Source: Halodesulfurarchaeum sp. (lineage in GTDB: Archaea > Halobacteriota > Halobacteria > Halobacteriales > Halobacteriaceae). From it: a stretch of DNA of 64,000 bases. This document shows positions 60,715 through 64,000 of this stretch, one piece after another (within the stretch, counting starts at the first letter, position 1; every line of letters begins with the position of its first letter). The notes under the pieces are model-generated. The model did no database searches, had not been told where the DNA came from, and worked only from the letters and a program-made list of their open reading frames with translations. A program made the position numbers and the translations under genes. The DNA is taken from positions 672,001 through 736,000 of the forward strand of contig JAXHNL010000002.1 of assembly GCA_034520565.1 (NCBI GenBank), written 5' to 3'.

Positions 60715-60820
60715 GTCACTCACTTGCCCGGCGGGGAAAAAAGCCGTCCGGTCGGGGCGACAGAACCGCCGGCGAACGCCTAACGAATGGTTTAAACGGC
60801 GGCATCGAGAATCCGCGGGC

Positions 60821-61276
60821 ATGGCAACTCTTTACGACGCCCCTGCGGACGAGCTCATCGAGGCGCTCGCCGAGGAGCTCTCGGAGCGACTCGATGCGCC
60901 CGACTGGGCCACGTACACGAAGACCGGCGCGAGCCGCGAATTGCCCCCCGAGCAGGCGGACTTCTGGGCCACCCGGACCGCGAGTGTCCTCCGGAAGGTG
61001 GCGATGAACGCCCCGATCGGCGTCGAACGCCTCTCGACGGCCTACGGCGGGACCAAAGACGGTTCGAACCGCTACCAGGTCGCCCCGAGCAAGCGCAGCG
61101 ACGGCTCTCAGAAGATCCTTCGCGAGATCCTGCAGGACCTCGAGGACGAGGGCCTGATCATGACCCGCGACGGTGAGGGTCGGGACATCACGCCCGAGGG
61201 CCAACAGCTCCTCGACGAGACCGCCGGCGAGGTCATCGAGGCCCTCGACGATCCCGAACTCGAGCGCTACGCGTAA
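60821..61276 (+). CDS. rps19e: 30S ribosomal protein S19e
   Basis: PDWATYTKTGASRELPP...RTASVLRK...YGG. Confidence 0.96.
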   Translation: MATLYDAPADELIEALAEELSERLDAPDWATYTKTGASRELPPEQADFWATRTASVLRKVAMNAPIGVERLSTAYGGTKDGSNRYQVAPSKRSDGSQKILREILQDLEDEGLIMTRDGEGRDITPEGQQLLDETAGEVIEALDDPELERYA

Positions 61277-61500
61277 GTCCCGGTTTGATTTTCTTCCCGC
61301 CGGGGCCGTTCTCACTGGTCCAGCCGGCGTTTTATCGAGAATTACTGGACACCAGCCGAAGCTTTATCAGCAAAAACCGGGCCAGCCCGACCCATGCTGT
61401 AACCACCGGCCCGGATCGGTTCGCGGGTGTGCGACGACCCGATTCGGGACCGAAAAGTCGCCTGTTCGCCCTGTATCCGCCTGGTCGCAGCCCGGGCCGA

Positions 61501-62781
61501 TCAGGTCCCCTGCTGCCAGCTGTCCATGTACTCCTGCTGGGTCGGTGTCAGCTCGTCGATCGCGATGTCCTCGGCTTCGAGTTTGATCGCTGCGACTTCT
61601 CGGTCGAGTTCGTCCGGGACTTCGTGGACGCCGGCCTCGTAGTCCTCGCCGTTCGTCACGAGTTCCCGAACACAGACGGCCTGGATGCCGAAGCTCTGGT
61701 CCATGACTTCGACGGGGTGGCCCAGCGAGACCGGGCTCGCCAGGTTCACGAGCCGCCCCTCCGCGAGGACGTTGATCCGGCGGCCGTCGCTCAGCTCGTA
61801 CTCCCGGATCCCGTCTCGCACGGTCGACTCCGAGACCGCGAGTTCGGAGAGCCCGTCGAGATCGATCTCGACGTCGAAGTGGCCGGCGTTGGCCAGGACG
61901 ACCCCGTCCTGCATCCGCTCGACGTGTTCGGGCGTGATGATGTCCCGGTTGCCGGTCGTCGTGATGAAGACGTCACCCTTCTCGGCGGCTTTCGCCATCG
62001 GGAGCACTTCGTACCCCTCCATGTGGGCCTCGAGGGCCCGACGCGGGTCGATCTCGGTGACCACCACCGAGGCGTTCTGGCCCGAGGCCTTCCGCGCGAC
62101 ACCCCGGCCACACTGGCCGAATCCCGCGACGACGACGGTCTTTCCGGCCCAGGAGAGGTTGGTCGTCATCGCGATGCTGGAGAGGGAGGCCTCCCCGGTG
62201 CCGTGGACGTTGTCGAAGAGCCGCTTCATCGGCGTGTCGTTCACCGCGAAGACCGGGTACTTGAGCGCCCCGTCGGCGTCCATCGAGCGGAGGCGGTGGA
62301 CGCCGGTGGTCGTCTCCTCGGAGCCGCCGACGATCGAGTCGATCAGTTCGGGGTGTTCCTCGTGGATCCGGAAGACGAGGTCGCCCCCGTCGTCGACGGT
62401 GATGTCCGGCTCGTGGGCGATGACGGCCTCGATGGCGTCGTAGTACCCCGTTTCGTCGACCCCTCGCTCGGCATACGAGGTGATGGACTCGTTCGCGTCG
62501 AGGGCCGCGCTCACGTCGTCGTGGGTCGAGAGCGGGTTACAGCCGGTGATGGCGATCTCGGCCCCGCCGGCGGCGAGTGCCTCGACGAGTGCCGCCGTCT
62601 TGGCCTCGACGTGGAGGGCCATGCCGATGGTATAGCCTGCAAAGGGTTGTTCGGCCTCGAAGTCCGCCCGGAGGGACTGGACGATCGGCATATGCTCGAA
62701 CGCCCAGTCGATCTTCTTTCGACCGTCGGCGACGGCATCCTCGACGTCCGAGAGCCGCTCACTGATCGGAGAAACTGTCAT
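61501..62781 (-). CDS. ahcY: Adenosylhomocysteinase
   Basis: [36 protein letters not shown]. Confidence 0.97.
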   Translation of the reverse strand: MTVSPISERLSDVEDAVADGRKKIDWAFEHMPIVQSLRADFEAEQPFAGYTIGMALHVEAKTAALVEALAAGGAEIAITGCNPLSTHDDVSAALDANESITSYAERGVDETGYYDAIEAVIAHEPDITVDDGGDLVFRIHEEHPELIDSIVGGSEETTTGVHRLRSMDADGALKYPVFAVNDTPMKRLFDNVHGTGEASLSSIAMTTNLSWAGKTVVVAGFGQCGRGVARKASGQNASVVVTEIDPRRALEAHMEGYEVLPMAKAAEKGDVFITTTGNRDIITPEHVERMQDGVVLANAGHFDVEIDLDGLSELAVSESTVRDGIREYELSDGRRINVLAEGRLVNLASPVSLGHPVEVMDQSFGIQAVCVRELVTNGEDYEAGVHEVPDELDREVAAIKLEAEDIAIDELTPTQQEYMDSWQQGT

Positions 62782-62823
62782 GCTCGAAGGGAGGGCCAGC
62801 GCGCTTTAATGGGTATCGGAAAG

Positions 62824-64000
62824 TCAGGCGCGATCGACGAGCTCTGCGGCCCGCGATTTGGCATCCTCCCTGACGGCCTGTTCGTCGAGAGTCACCACCT
62901 CGCGGTCTTCCATGAGGACCCGTCCGTCCACTATCGTGTGGCGGACGTCGTCCCCGTGGGCGGCGTAGACGAGGTTCGAGACGTACTCGTGGACCGGCGT
63001 CATGCGGGGCCTGCCGAAATCGACCACGATGAGATCGGCAGCCCCACCGGGCTCGATCAGTCCGCCGGGGAGCCCCAGCGCGCGGGACCCTCCCTCGGTC
63101 GCCATGCGGATGACTGCCTCGGCCGGCACGGCACTGGCGTCCGCAGCCGCTAGTTTGCCAAGCAACGCGGCATCCCGCATCTCGCCGAACATGTCCAGAT
63201 CGTTGTTCGAGGCGGCCCCGTCGGTGCCCAGCGCCAGCGGGACCCCCTCCTCGAGCAGTTCCTCGACCGGCGCCATGCCGGAGGCCAACTTCATGTTCGA
63301 GGCCGGGCAGTGCACGACGCTCGGTGCCCGCTCGGCCAGCAGATTTATCTCCGCCTCGTCGACGTGGACGCCGTGAGCGAGGAAGTCCCGGGACTCGAGC
63401 AGCCCCAGATCGGCGGCGTATTCCAGCGGTCGAACGCCCTCCTCCTCGACGATCGGGGTCACCTCTGCTGTGGTTTCGTTCGCGTGGATGTGGAGTGGGA
63501 CATCGAAATCTCGGGCGGCCGCGACCGTCTCGCGAAGCGCCTCCTCGTTGACGGTGGTGAGCGAATGGGGCGACAGCGCCGCCTCGATCCGGCCATCGTC
63601 CCGATCGGCCGTCCGGCGAGCGAAGTCGATCCCCTCCTGGACGTCGGCCTCGGCGCCTTCCTGGTCCTTCCCGACGGTGACGACACCGTGAGAGAGCCGC
63701 GCCCGGAGGCCGGCCCGGTCGACGGCCGCCACCACCTCGTCCATGTGGAAGTACATGCCTGCAAAGGCGGTCGTCCCCGAGCGGATCATCTCGAGCAGCG
63801 CGAGTTCGGTTCCCGCCCGGATGTCGGCCGGTTCGAGCGCGGCCTCCGCCGGCCAGATGTCCTCCTGGAGCCACGCGTCGAGGGGTTTGTCGTCGGCGTA
63901 GCCCCGGAGAAGCGTCATCGCCGCGTGGGTGTGGGCGTTGACCAGTCCGGGCATGACGAGTCCGCCGGCCGCCGAGAGGGTCCGGTCGCCGGCGAGGTCC
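62824..64000 (-). CDS. mtaD: MTA/SAH (5'-deoxyadenosine) deaminase; 5' end outside window
   Basis: NAHTH, HIHANET, HCPASNMKL, GTDGAASNN; adjacent to ahcY. Confidence 0.88.
   Translation of the reverse strand, partial: DLAGDRTLSAAGGLVMPGLVNAHTHAAMTLLRGYADDKPLDAWLQEDIWPAEAALEPADIRAGTELALLEMIRSGTTAFAGMYFHMDEVVAAVDRAGLRARLSHGVVTVGKDQEGAEADVQEGIDFARRTADRDDGRIEAALSPHSLTTVNEEALRETVAAARDFDVPLHIHANETTAEVTPIVEEEGVRPLEYAADLGLLESRDFLAHGVHVDEAEINLLAERAPSVVHCPASNMKLASGMAPVEELLEEGVPLALGTDGAASNNDLDMFGEMRDAALLGKLAAADASAVPAEAVIRMATEGGSRALGLPGGLIEPGGAADLIVVDFGRPRMTPVHEYVSNLVYAAHGDDVRHTIVDGRVLMEDREVVTLDEQAVREDAKSRAAELVDRA

Overview
High-GC haloarchaeal (class Halobacteria) chromosome segment: acidic proteins, archaeal housekeeping genes (RPA, hisS, truA, pan, infB/aIF5B, nob1, secDF, rnhB, pus10, trmY, rps19e, ahcY) and two tRNA genes, His(GTG) and Pro(CGG). 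A ~20.0 kb provirus is integrated in the 3' end of tRNA-Pro, bounded by a 15-bp direct repeat at 34830-34844 and 54860-54874. It encodes an FtsK/HerA-type packaging ATPase and two putative single-jelly-roll major capsid proteins, so it looks like a tailless icosahedral membrane-containing virus (Halopanivirales; SNJ1/SH1/P23-77-like). It also carries an SNJ2-type integrase, a second short tyrosine recombinase, tandem phiH1-like repressors and AT-rich cargo including a subtilisin-like protease. I see no recognisable replication protein. Most longer provirus genes are frameshifted while flanking host genes are intact. Both tRNA genes are followed by hairpin-rich units ending in a copy of that tRNA's own 3' end (three in tandem after tRNA-His, one after the tRNA-Pro attR). 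Family assignments come from motif recognition and recall only; no searches were run.
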